DNA of 64,000 bases from Caecitellus pseudoparvulus (Eukaryota; Protista; Bigyra: Bicosoecida), in contig CBFFRQ010000090.1 in assembly GCA_965644315.1 (NCBI GenBank), positions 1 to 64,000 of the forward strand. Reading direction: 5' to 3'. A program made the translations under genes and the position numbers. Positions 32,527 to 42,781 of the stretch are shown here, one piece after another. Every line of letters starts with the position of its first letter. Positions within the stretch are counted from its first letter, which is position 1. The notes beneath the pieces were generated by a model, which worked only from the letters and a program-made list of their open reading frames with translations, ran no database searches and was not told where the DNA came from.

Positions 32527-35448
32527 ATGGAGGGCGCGCCCCTTGAAAGGACAGAGGAAGTGCTCATTGTGCTGTCTTGTGGGGGCAGCCATGCTGAGTT
32601 CCTGGCTGCGGCTGGCCCGCTGGCAGGGTCACTGCCAATGGCAGGCGAGTGTGCCGAAGCAGTGCAGGAGCTGGAGGCATTCAGCGTGGAGTTGCCTGAA
32701 ACGCCGCACGCGTGGCTGGCAGCAGTGCAGGAGGGCGTGGACAACGGCCTGCAACACTTTCGTAGGTGCCTGGAAGAGGCCCTGGCAGACTGCGCGGCTG
32801 GAGGCGGCGTGGGCGTGGCAGATGTGCGGTATTTGACAGAGTTTCACGGGCCAGCCCTCGTCCGACTGGCACGCCTGGTGCGTTCGGAGGCCGTCAGCGG
32901 CACAGGCTGCACTGTGGGCTCCATCTGTGACGCCTTTAGCGAGGCGGGGGACAGTCTTCTGGAGCCCTTCCACACATACACTTCTCTGGTGAATGTGGCG
33001 CTGCAGTGTGCCTTGCTGGGCCACATGGGCGCGTGGGTGGCGCACGGCATGCTGCTGGGGCCCGCTGGAGACGCGACCTTCTTCATTCAGGACACGTGGG
33101 AGGCACATGCCGGGGCGGTGGGGGGTGCCACGCCTCACGCCGAGTGGCAACAGCGATTTCAAATCGCGCCCGGCGCCCTGCCCCTCTCCCTCCTCTCCCT
33201 GCGCCAGGCCCAGCTGACGCTGGATCTGGGCAAGTTCACACGCCTACTGACGGGGGGGGACACGGGGGACCTCATCGCCAAGGCTGCCGCGGTGGGGGGA
33301 CGGCAGGACCAGGTGCGCCTGTCGGTCGCGGCACAGCGGTCCATCGGGGCAGTGTTCACAGCCCTGCAGGCGGCTTGTCGTGCCAGGGGCGTGTGGGACG
33401 GCACCTCCCTCAGTGTCGCCTTGGACAAGGTGCATGCCGTGCTGCAGAAGTACCTGTGGGCAAGCATGGTGCATGGTGCCCACTTGGGGCGGCACCTGGT
33501 GGCGCTGCGAAATGTTGCGCTGTTAGGTCGCGGGGAGCTGTTTCGGCACTTTCTGGACATGGCAGCGCCTCTGCTGGGCCACCTCGAAGCGGTGCTGGGG
33601 CGTACGCCCGCCTCGCCTGCCGCGGCACGCGCCCCAGCAGCTTGTGCCGCGAGTCACAAGAACACTGGGGCCTTGGTGGCGTTGCAGGGGCACTTGAACG
33701 CAGGGCCGTGGGCGGCTGCGGTGCTGACGTCAGAGGCGGCCCATGACCCGACCTTAGCTCGCGTGGCGTGGCAGCTGAGGCCGCCCCGTCTGGACTGTGT
33801 TCTGGATGTGGCGCTTGCAGGGTATGGGCGGGAGCCGCCCCCCCCCTCTGCCACCACGCGTGCGAGTCGGGCCCACGAGGCTGCCCTCGCCACCCACAGC
33901 CGTGTCACGGGGTGTGTTGCAGTGCAGGGACAGGCGGCAGTGGGGACGGGTGGGGCCACCCTCCCCGCCCCAGCCGACGTGCCCAGTGCTGTGTGGCTGC
34001 GCTGGCCGCAGCGTGTGCGAGGGGGGTTCATTGCCGCCGTGACTGCCGTAGTGAGTGCACCTGAGGGGGAGGATGAGGGGGGGGGAGAAGGGTGCGGCCT
34101 CCCCCCCTCAGGCACGCTGTGCCTGCTGCTGCAGGGGGATGCGCGGGGGACGAGTGTTCCGCTCGGAACAGGCCGATCTGACGACCTGCCTCTCACAGAC
34201 TTCCTTATGGTGGAAGTGGGCCCACTGAGGGGGGGGGTGCAGGGGGGGGCTGCGTGCGGGCGAGTTGTGAGCGGCGGCCAGGGGCGACCGCTGGAGCACT
34301 TGGCTGGCCTTGCCTGGCGGGAGGAGGGGGGGGGACAGGCCGCCCCCTCCCTAGACACCCCCTTTACCGTGCAAGTGGAGTACAGTGCGCCCTCTGCCAC
34401 TCGGCCGGGGGCGCTGGCTGTGTCGTTGCTGGGTGAGGGGGACACCACGCCAGTGGTGGTGGGCACCTGTGCCTTGGACATGCCGGAACACGTGACTCTC
34501 ACAGGCGTGCACGGAACAGCGACGTTTGGCGTCGTGAGTGACGGGCAGGACCAGCGTGTTCGTGTTCAACGAGTGTTCTGGGCCGACCAGGGCGCCGTCC
34601 TGTCCCAAGCCACCCAGTGCCTCCACCTGCAGTACACGCTGCCCTGGCCAGCCCACCTCGTCATCCCACCTGCCGCCCTGACACAGTACAGCAACCTGTG
34701 CGCCTTCATGCTGTCTGGGGCCCGGGCCGGCCACGCCCTGCACGCTGCCTGGCAGCACTTGAAGCAGGTGAAGGCCGCCTGCGGCTCCCGTACCCTGGCC
34801 CTCACCCGGCAGCAGTCTCGAGGGGTGCAGGGCGCCTGGCTCCTCCTCGCCCGCGCCAAGCACACACTCTCCACGCTGCAGTACCACCTGCTCGTGGACA
34901 GCGTGGACGCTCTCTTCCCCCTCCTTCTCAACCGCACAGCTGCTGCCAGCAGCCTGCTGGCGCTGAACCAGGCTCACGCTGACTTCCAGCGGCAGCTATT
35001 GGAGCGCACGCTGCTCGCCAGCTCTGCAGCGGCACGGTGTGTTCTGCATGTGTTCCGGTTCATCCTGGAGCTGGGTTCCTGGGTCACCAGCCTGCACGTG
35101 CCAGCGCCCCCACCGCGGGTGTACAAGGGGCGCACCCGCAGGGGACGAGGGCGCCAGCCCCCCCCCGCCACTGGCGCCACCCCCCGCGCTGCCGAGCCTG
35201 GGACGCTGGCCCACGAGCTGGGGACGCAGACGGGGCAGGGGCGTCTGTCCTCCCTCAGCGCATCTCTGCGGCGGGAGGTGGAGTTCCTGTTCCGGCTCGA
35301 GCTAGCGGTGGCCAGTCGAGGGGGCGGGGGAGGGGGGGGCCGCGGCTCTGCCCTGCACGATGCCCACGCCGGCCTGGCCCTGCGCCTGAATTGGAACGAC
35401 TTCTTCACCTCTCCCATCGCTGCCAAGCCCATCCTGGCAGGGTCATGA
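32527..35448 (+). CDS. TUBGCP4: gamma-tubulin complex component, GCP4-like (Spc97/Spc98 family), with an inserted beta-sandwich domain
   Basis: HLVALRNVALLGRGELFRHFLD, LHLQYTLPWPAHLVI..QYSNLCAFML, LQYHLLVDSVD and LALRLNWNDFF. Likely start MEGAPLE at 32527. Confidence 0.8.
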   Translation: MEGAPLERTEEVLIVLSCGGSHAEFLAAAGPLAGSLPMAGECAEAVQELEAFSVELPETPHAWLAAVQEGVDNGLQHFRRCLEEALADCAAGGGVGVADVRYLTEFHGPALVRLARLVRSEAVSGTGCTVGSICDAFSEAGDSLLEPFHTYTSLVNVALQCALLGHMGAWVAHGMLLGPAGDATFFIQDTWEAHAGAVGGATPHAEWQQRFQIAPGALPLSLLSLRQAQLTLDLGKFTRLLTGGDTGDLIAKAAAVGGRQDQVRLSVAAQRSIGAVFTALQAACRARGVWDGTSLSVALDKVHAVLQKYLWASMVHGAHLGRHLVALRNVALLGRGELFRHFLDMAAPLLGHLEAVLGRTPASPAAARAPAACAASHKNTGALVALQGHLNAGPWAAAVLTSEAAHDPTLARVAWQLRPPRLDCVLDVALAGYGREPPPPSATTRASRAHEAALATHSRVTGCVAVQGQAAVGTGGATLPAPADVPSAVWLRWPQRVRGGFIAAVTAVVSAPEGEDEGGGEGCGLPPSGTLCLLLQGDARGTSVPLGTGRSDDLPLTDFLMVEVGPLRGGVQGGAACGRVVSGGQGRPLEHLAGLAWREEGGGQAAPSLDTPFTVQVEYSAPSATRPGALAVSLLGEGDTTPVVVGTCALDMPEHVTLTGVHGTATFGVVSDGQDQRVRVQRVFWADQGAVLSQATQCLHLQYTLPWPAHLVIPPAALTQYSNLCAFMLSGARAGHALHAAWQHLKQVKAACGSRTLALTRQQSRGVQGAWLLLARAKHTLSTLQYHLLVDSVDALFPLLLNRTAAASSLLALNQAHADFQRQLLERTLLASSAAARCVLHVFRFILELGSWVTSLHVPAPPPRVYKGRTRRGRGRQPPPATGATPRAAEPGTLAHELGTQTGQGRLSSLSASLRREVEFLFRLELAVASRGGGGGGGRGSALHDAHAGLALRLNWNDFFTSPIAAKPILAGS

Positions 35449-36934
35449 ACCCCCGACGCCAGCTGCCAGGGAAGGGGGTGGGTCCTCCGACCCCCCTCCC
35501 TGCCGAGCCGCCTCTGCTGTGGACCCAGGCACCCGTCCCTCGCCCTCAGGGTGCTGTTTGGCCAGTGCTGCCGCCAGCATGGCTGCCTTGTCCTTCTCAG
35601 CACCGCCACCCTTGGCGCTCCCCTTGCCAGCGGCAGCCTTGTCGACTGGGGCGGAGGACCAGGTGCCCCCCCACATCTGCACCACTGTGCTCACTGCTCG
35701 AGGCGGCATCTGCACCAAGTTCACAGCCAGAGCCAGCCACGCTGGGTGATCTATTGGGGTGGCCGCTGCCCCATCCCCTGCGCCACTTGGCCAGGGGGCG
35801 TCCACTAGGTCTGGAGGGGGGGCTGACCCCCCCTCCGCCGCTGCCACCGCCGCTCCGGGGGGTGCAGGGTCGCCCACCCCTCCCTCAGCCCCCCCTCCTT
35901 GGCCTGCCGCCGCCGGCCCCTCCTCCCCCTCGTCCTCCTCTGCAGGGGGGGGTACGGTGGGGTCCTCCCCGCCACCCCGCTCCGCCTCTCCCCGCCGCAG
36001 ACGGAGTCTGGCCAGGCGAGCCGCACGGCGCACACCACCCACAGCCTGTGCGCTCTGCTGCAGCACCTGCTGCAGGAAGGCGCCACTGGCGATGTGGGCG
36101 CAGTGCTCCGCCAAGTGCACATTCCCGTGGCGCCGCGCCACCACCTCTGGCGAGTCCCCATACGCGTCTAGGAGGGAGAAGCAGGCCCCAGACAAGGCCA
36201 GCGCACTGGCCACTTGCTTGGCTACGGCCACGGGGGAGTACCCAGGGGGGGGCGCCTGCACCCCTCCACCACCTGCCGTGGCAGGCACGCCTCCGCCAGA
36301 TGCAGCCAGGACGTGGGCGGGAGTCACACCTTCCCTGTCTTGCGAATTCACACATGCACCCCCAGCAATGAGCAGGGACACCATCTCAGGACTGACAGTG
36401 CCAGCGGCGGACGTCGCGCAGGCAGCGTGCAGGGGAGTGCGGTGGCGGAAGGCTTCCTGTGCGTTTGCGTTGGCCCCCGCCACGAGCAACTGCAGCGCGA
36501 TGCCAGTATCCTGCCGCTTCACGGCAATGTGCAGGGGTGTGGCGCCATTGGAAGCTGCACAGTTTGGCTCAATGCCTGGCTGCCGCAGCAGCGCGGCAAC
36601 CATGTCAGCTGCTTGGGCGTCAGCGGCCAGGTGCAGCGCCGTTTCGCCGCGCTGCGTTTCGGCGGCATTGACCTCCACCCCAGGGCACTGCAGAACTAAG
36701 TGCAACAGCGTCTTGTCTTGGACGTCGCAAGCAATGTGCAGCATGCGCCAGCCCCCGATGGCGTCTGCGGCCGGGAGGGTGGTGCAGGGCCAGTGGCGCT
36801 TGTGCTGCCGACAGTCTGCCCCTCTTCGACGCACCATTGACACAGGCTGGGGACTGGGTGAGCGCTTTTTTCACAGCAGCATATCGCTTTTGACGGGCCT
36901 GCAGCACCACAGAATGCGTGTGGGCTGCAGCCAT
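35443..36934 (-). CDS. ankyrin-repeat protein; 2 exons
   Basis: GETALHLAA, GATPLHIAV, RTPLHAAC and GVTPAHVLA. An intron at ~36765-36834 links it to the MAAAHTHS exon. Confidence 0.8.
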
Positions 36935-37111
36935 GCTGCGCTGTCGCGCTTGCGTCTGTGCAGGTGCACTGCACTTCCCGGATTCCGTGCGCCACCACGC
37001 CGGTTGCTGAGCCACGCAGGGCTATGGCGGTGCACAAAGCACCTGAATGGACGAGGAACTATTCACAGGCTTGTATTCTGCGTTGCATTCTGCTGGCAGT
37101 GCGTGAAAGCA

Positions 37112-40100
37112 CTACAGCCGTGACGTCTTGGACATGCGCACTTTTTGCCCAGATGGCTTGACCCGCCTGCGTTGCTTCGCGGCAGCTGACGTCATGGTGC
37201 GCGCCAGGGTGCGCCGGGATCGGGCCTTGCCCTGCTGTGCCTTTTCGTCTGGAGGTGAGTGGGAAGTCGGCCCCACCAGAGTATTCAGCACTCGGGCTGA
37301 GGAGGCCACTGTGTCTGCCAGGACACTGCGTGACATGCGCACGCGCCCGTCGCCGCCCCCGCGCCTGCGCCCCCCTCTGGAGCCAGCCCGTGACCGCGAG
37401 CCTGAGCCAGAGCGAGTGCTGACACTCCGGGGGCGCAGACCTGGTGCTGCTGGCGCACTGCCCATGACTCGCTTCATGATGCCTTTCAGGCGAGCCTCTA
37501 CGCTACCGTGGCCGCCGCCTGCACGGGCTGGCGCCCTGCCCACTCCTCGGGACCGGGCACGGCCTGTGCTGCCAGAGCGAGCGGAGCGTGTTCGGGACGA
37601 TGCCCTGGAGGACGCGCTCCTGCCCCTGCTCGCTGAGCGGCTTCGACTGGCCGCACGGGACGCCGCCCGCCGACGCCGCCGACCACTGCGACTGCGACTG
37701 CGACTGCGACGCCGCCGACGACGCCGACGACGCGGCAGGATGTAGTCGGAGTCACTGTCAGAGTCATCAGACGTCTCGCCGGCGATGGAGGCGGCCGCGG
37801 CACCTGCTGGCATGGCGCCGTGCACGGGTGGTCGCAGCATGTGTCGTGGAGCTCCCCGCACACCCCCCTCATCGCCACTGCCCCACGCACCCACAGCCGC
37901 ATCCCGGCTCACCCCGGCAAGGCTGCCACCGGGCCCGATCAAGCCCAGCAAGCGGCTCGAGCCATCGAACGCTGCCTGTGCCGTGCGGGGCCGGTTCCAG
38001 CCAGAGTCAGACTCGGCATCGGATGGGGCGGCCGATCTGACCCCCCCTCCCCCTCCGGCCCGTGGGGGGCTCACCTCCAGCTCACGCCTATGCGAGCGCT
38101 GTGGTGTGCTGGATCTGCCTGCCCGTCTCATGTCACTGTCCACGTCGCTGTCCCCGCTAGGAGGGGATGGGGAGGGGGGGGATACTTGGAAAAACTCACT
38201 CTCTCGGGTCGTGCCTGGAGCGGGAGTGCGACGTGCCGTCTCCCCCTCCCCGTGCCGACGTGCCGTCCCTGCCCTGTACACCGCCCCTTCCCTCCCGCTC
38301 TCCCTGCTCGATCCGCCTGAACTGTGTCTGCCACTGCCACTGGTGCTGCGCTGAGGATGTTGCTGCCGCTGTGGCGTGCCGCGGGATCGGCGAGTGGCGG
38401 CGCCGACGAGGCCTGCCTCGGCGTCTGCGACCAGGGTCAGCGCTCGCCGCGTCATGTCCCGCTCCTGCTCCAGCTCTTGCCGCAGCTCCGCACACTCCTC
38501 TGCCGCAGACTGCAGAGCTGCCTCCTGGTTGCTCACGGTGGTTCGCAGGGTTTCCAACTGGGAGGCCAGCTCGCTCGAGCCACTGGAGCGGGCCTGCAAG
38601 TCAGCGGTGAGGCCCGCAACCTGCGCCAGTGCGTCGCTCTTCGCGCGCTCGGTGTCTGCGACCTGGGCCTGGGTCGACGCGACCTCCGCCTTCGCCGCCT
38701 TGAGCTCTGCCGACACCTGTCGCAGGGAGGCCTTGGTCGCCCGCAGCGACTTGCGCAGGGAAAGCGTCTCGGCCTCTCCCTCTGCCTCAATGGCATCCAG
38801 GTCTTGCCGTGCGTCCTCCAGCTCGCACTGTGCGACCTGCGCCGCGCGTCGAGCCGCGACCAGCTCGGCAGCAGCAGTGGAGGCTGCCAGCGCGAGGTGG
38901 GGCAGTGCCGCAGGGAGGGGCGCCTTGCACCACCACTTGTCTGCCAAGATGTCCACGGCAGGTACCGGTGCACAGCCAGAACACGCGCCTGCACACAGCG
39001 CCACGGCTGCCTCGGAGCCCCCCTCACCCTGGGCGTGCGTCGGCACCAGACCCGTGGCCCGGCCCACCTCCACATCTGCCACCAGGAGTCGTTCCTTCCA
39101 CTGGCCCAACTCGCCCAGCCGTGCCTCGGCAGCGGCCAGTCTGCGCTCCAGGTCCTCTGCCTCCTTCGTGGCGGCTTCTGCGATGGCGTGTGCCTCAGAC
39201 AGTGCCGCGTCGTGGGCAGCGTTGGAGGAGGTGCAGGCACGCTGCGCGGCTGTCCGCGCTAGCCCGCTGACGATGCTGCGCACCGCCTGGTACATGGGCA
39301 GGTGCTGCAGACTGTCCAGGCCCTCCAGCAGGCCTGCGCAGTCAGCCTCCTCCTGATGCTGCTGCCTGGGCAGTGGAGCTGCTTGCCACAGGGCCTGTCC
39401 CGGCACTAGCCCAGCGGCCGCTTGCAGGCCGCGTTCGAGGCGCCGGTACTGCTTCAGGTCTTCCTCGGCACGCCCCCAGCGCCGCTCCTCCCGCGCACGG
39501 GCCGCTTCAGCGGTGGCAGCTGCGCTGCGGGCCTGAGCAGCCTCGGCCACAGCGGCGCGCTGCTCTTCCTGGCACTGCGCCAAGGAGCTGCGCAGCTCAG
39601 CCTGCTGGGCGCTCAGCTCTGCAATGCGGTCCTGCAACATGGGGATTTCAGACAGCTTGTGCTGCTGGGTGTCCACTTGCCGCTGGGAGGCCTGCTGTGC
39701 GCTGCGTGCAGCCTCCGCCTCTTGCTGTGACTCCGCCAGTGCCGCTTGCAACCGCTGCACGTCACTTTTCGCCGAGGCCAGTGCAGCCCTCAGCTCGGGC
39801 ATGTCGGCAACAGTGCTCTCCAGGCGAGTCACTTTTTCCTTGGCATCGGCTGTGAACCCCAGCAACGCAGAGCGCTCCTCGCGCAGAGTTTTGACTTCCG
39901 CCTGCAACGCAGCGAACGGCGCCAGCTGCTCCCGCAGCGATGCCACCTGCTGCCGGGCCGCATCCCGCTCTTGTCTGGCCTTCGAAGCAGCAGTCTTCGC
40001 GGCAGAGAGTGCTGCAGCTGCATCGCCTGCCGCGCCTGCTGCTGCAGACTGCTCGGCAGCCCGCTCGGACAGCCGCTTGCGCAGCATGTCGTTGGCAGAC

Positions 40101-40597
40101 TTCAGCGCCGCCATGTCGCCCGCATCTTTGTCGGCCTGCGCCTTGTACGCTTCCAGTTCAGCCGCCAGGGCTGCCACACGCCGGTGCTGGGGGTCAGCGG
40201 GGCCTGCAGCGTCGCTGGCCGCTTGGTGCCGCCCTGCGGAACTTGCGCTCACGCCAGAAGCACGCTGCTCTGCGCCAACGGCAGCCACTGCCCCCCGACT
40301 GCTGGACGCATCCTGCACACAGATAGAAGACAAGGGGTAATATGAAACAATTGCCATGGGTTCACGGACTGGGGGTTGCCTCGAGGCGGCAGCAGGGCGA
40401 GACACTCAGCGTGTGCCGTTGGCACTCACGCCTCCAACGGGCGTCTGTCGCCGGCGCACACCGTGGCGTGCCGGGCCCGGCCTCGACCTCGTCTTCACGC
40501 CATCTGGCTCATTTCGAATCAAACTCTGCAGAACACTCCGGTTTCGCCGCAATGCCGCGTGCAGCGGCCTGGCGGCCTTGGCTGCAGCAGCCTCCAT
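37112..40597 (-). CDS. coiled-coil protein with Arg/Ser-rich C-terminal region; 2 exons
   Basis: A GTGAGT...GTGCAG intron at 40313-40429 joins the MEAAAAK exon to a 1097-codon ORF. Long heptad region and an RRRRRRRRRSRSRSRS tract. Confidence 0.7.
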
Positions 40598-40992
40598 GCC
40601 GAGTTTCGCCTTCAAACCCTGTGCGCCAGATGGGCGGCATGCAGCGACGAGCTCCTTCGTTGCCACAGCGGGTAGACACAGCGCGAAAAAGGCAGACACA
40701 GCGGCTCGACAGCCACAGTCTGGCCTCGAAGAGTGACAGGACTTTGCGCCGGCATGTTGATTGTAGGCTGTCGTTGGCCTTCCACCCAACACATGCGCAT
40801 TGCAATGGACTGCGCACTCAGCCCAATCAGTCAAAAGTCCAGACACTGTTGTCACGAAGTTGACACGCTTGCAGCCATGTACTCTGTGTTCGTTCAGGCG
40901 TGCCTGTGACAACGTCCCTCACACCTGGCGTTTCGTTGGCGTTGAGCACGTAACGCCAACGCTCTGCTTGCCCACGTCTCCTGTCTGCCCCA

Positions 40993-42741
40993 ATGAATGC
41001 CAGCGAGGCGGTGGACTTGGCCAGTCTGCGCAGTGGCACAGGTCGGTTCAAGAACGTGCCCCATGCCGTGTGCGAGGTGCTGGCGGCAGTGGTCGGAGAC
41101 TTGGCAAGCCTGCGCACCAGTGTGGACAGCGTGCCGAAATTCTCAGACCTGACGGCGGCGGTGGCCAGCAAGCCCAGCAAGCGGGACGTGGAAGGCGCAA
41201 CACAAGCCACCCTTGCCCGTGTACATGCCCTGGCCGAGGTGGCCACCAGCGCTCGCGAGGATCTGCGCACCAGCACCGACGCCGAGTTGCAGCGCATGAC
41301 TGAGCGCGTGCAGCGGCTGGAAGGCACCGTGTCCGCCCTGGCGTCCACGGTGGCGGGCCTGCAGGCCCAGCTGGCAGAAAAAGCCGACAAGTCCGCCCTG
41401 GCCAGCCTGGCACCCCTCGATGCCCTGCACCGCAAGGCCGACTCCGCCCGACTGGAGGAGGCCCTGGCCAGCAAGGCCTCTGTGGAGGCCCTACGAGCCG
41501 TGCAGGATGAGGCGGTGCCCCTCCCACGCTTCCGGGCGGTGGAGGCGGCGGTGGAGGCTGCCTGCACGCAGCAGGACATGCAGGCAGCAGTGGAGGGGCT
41601 GCGAGGCATGGTGCAGGAGCGATGCGCTGCTGCCAGTGACTGTGCGTCTGGCGCCGCTGCCGCTGCAGCCGAGGCACGGGCACTGGCTGAAGACCTGCCC
41701 AGCCACAAGCAGGTGAAGGGGGTGGTGAGGCAAGCTCTGGCCCCCTACGCTACGCAGGAGCAGGTGGCCAGTGCCGTGCAGGAGGCGGTGGGGGCGCTGG
41801 GGCGGCAGGTGGAGGGCAGTGTGCGGCAGAGTCTGGGGGAGGTTATTGCCGTAGTGAACGATAAGGCGTTCAAGGCAGACGTGGCGCGGGGCCTGGCCAG
41901 CAAGGCCAGCGATCGGGATGTGCGGGGAGCGCTGGCAAGCAAGGCTGACCGGGCGGAGGTGGCTGAAGCGTTACGCAGCAAGGCCGAGTCAGGGGACGTG
42001 ACGTCTCTGCAGGTGGCGCTGCGAGAGGTGCAGCTGGCGCTGGCGGAGCGGGGCGAGGCACATGGGCCCACCTCTGCCGCCACAGCAGCGTCTGCTGCCG
42101 CTGCCGAGGCCGGCATCGCCACCGTGGCCGCCAGTGTGCGGCGGCTGGAGGAGGCGCTGGCAGGCAAGGCTGACAGGGGGGAGGTGTTGGCCTTGACGAG
42201 CAGCATGGGCGAAGCGTGTGGAGGACAGGCAGCACGCCACAGCGGCACGGCTAGCCCGGCTGGCGTGGACTCCAGTGAAGCCACAGCTACGCAGGGTCCA
42301 GCCGCCACTTCTGGTCGGTGGCTGTGGAAGAGCCGCGATTTGGACCTGGCAGGGTGCATTCCGTGGGACATGGAGGCGTGGAACACACGCCCCGAGGCAC
42401 TGACGTTCCGCCGTGGCGAGGCAGGCGTCCAAGTGTCTCGGGGGGGGCTGTACGAGCTCTGCGCAGGCATCTTCGCGACGACGCCGCCTGCAGTGCACCT
42501 GCAGGTGAACGGAGACACAGTTGCCACCCACCGGCACAGCTTCCGCCGTGCAGGTGGGGTGGCGGGGGGTGAGGCGGCAGACAAGGCTCCGCCAGGGGTC
42601 ACGCTAGCAGCCCATCCAGAGGGGTGTGTGGGGGGGGTCACCATTCTCCAGTACCTCGCCCTGTCCCCTGGCGCCACGGTGGCCCTCAACTACGACGGGG
42701 ACGTGCGGGGACAAGGCTTCATGCAGCTGACCAAACTGTAG
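40993..42741 (+). CDS. coiled-coil protein with LAxKAD-type repeats and a C-terminal C1q/TNF-like beta domain
   Basis: Repeats LASKAS/LASKAD/LRSKAE/LAGKAD. C-terminus GRWLWKS..IPWDME..GLYELCAGIF..LQVNG..GFMQLTKL. Confidence 0.75.
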   Translation: MNASEAVDLASLRSGTGRFKNVPHAVCEVLAAVVGDLASLRTSVDSVPKFSDLTAAVASKPSKRDVEGATQATLARVHALAEVATSAREDLRTSTDAELQRMTERVQRLEGTVSALASTVAGLQAQLAEKADKSALASLAPLDALHRKADSARLEEALASKASVEALRAVQDEAVPLPRFRAVEAAVEAACTQQDMQAAVEGLRGMVQERCAAASDCASGAAAAAAEARALAEDLPSHKQVKGVVRQALAPYATQEQVASAVQEAVGALGRQVEGSVRQSLGEVIAVVNDKAFKADVARGLASKASDRDVRGALASKADRAEVAEALRSKAESGDVTSLQVALREVQLALAERGEAHGPTSAATAASAAAAEAGIATVAASVRRLEEALAGKADRGEVLALTSSMGEACGGQAARHSGTASPAGVDSSEATATQGPAATSGRWLWKSRDLDLAGCIPWDMEAWNTRPEALTFRRGEAGVQVSRGGLYELCAGIFATTPPAVHLQVNGDTVATHRHSFRRAGGVAGGEAADKAPPGVTLAAHPEGCVGGVTILQYLALSPGATVALNYDGDVRGQGFMQLTKL

Positions 42742-42781
42742 CGTGCAGGCCAGCCAGGAGAGGGGGGGTGGTGCTCCCCAC

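Noticed and set aside
37684-37735. (ACTGCG)n and (CGA/CGC)n microsatellite
   Set aside because: It simply encodes the Arg/Ser-rich tract of the coiled-coil protein.
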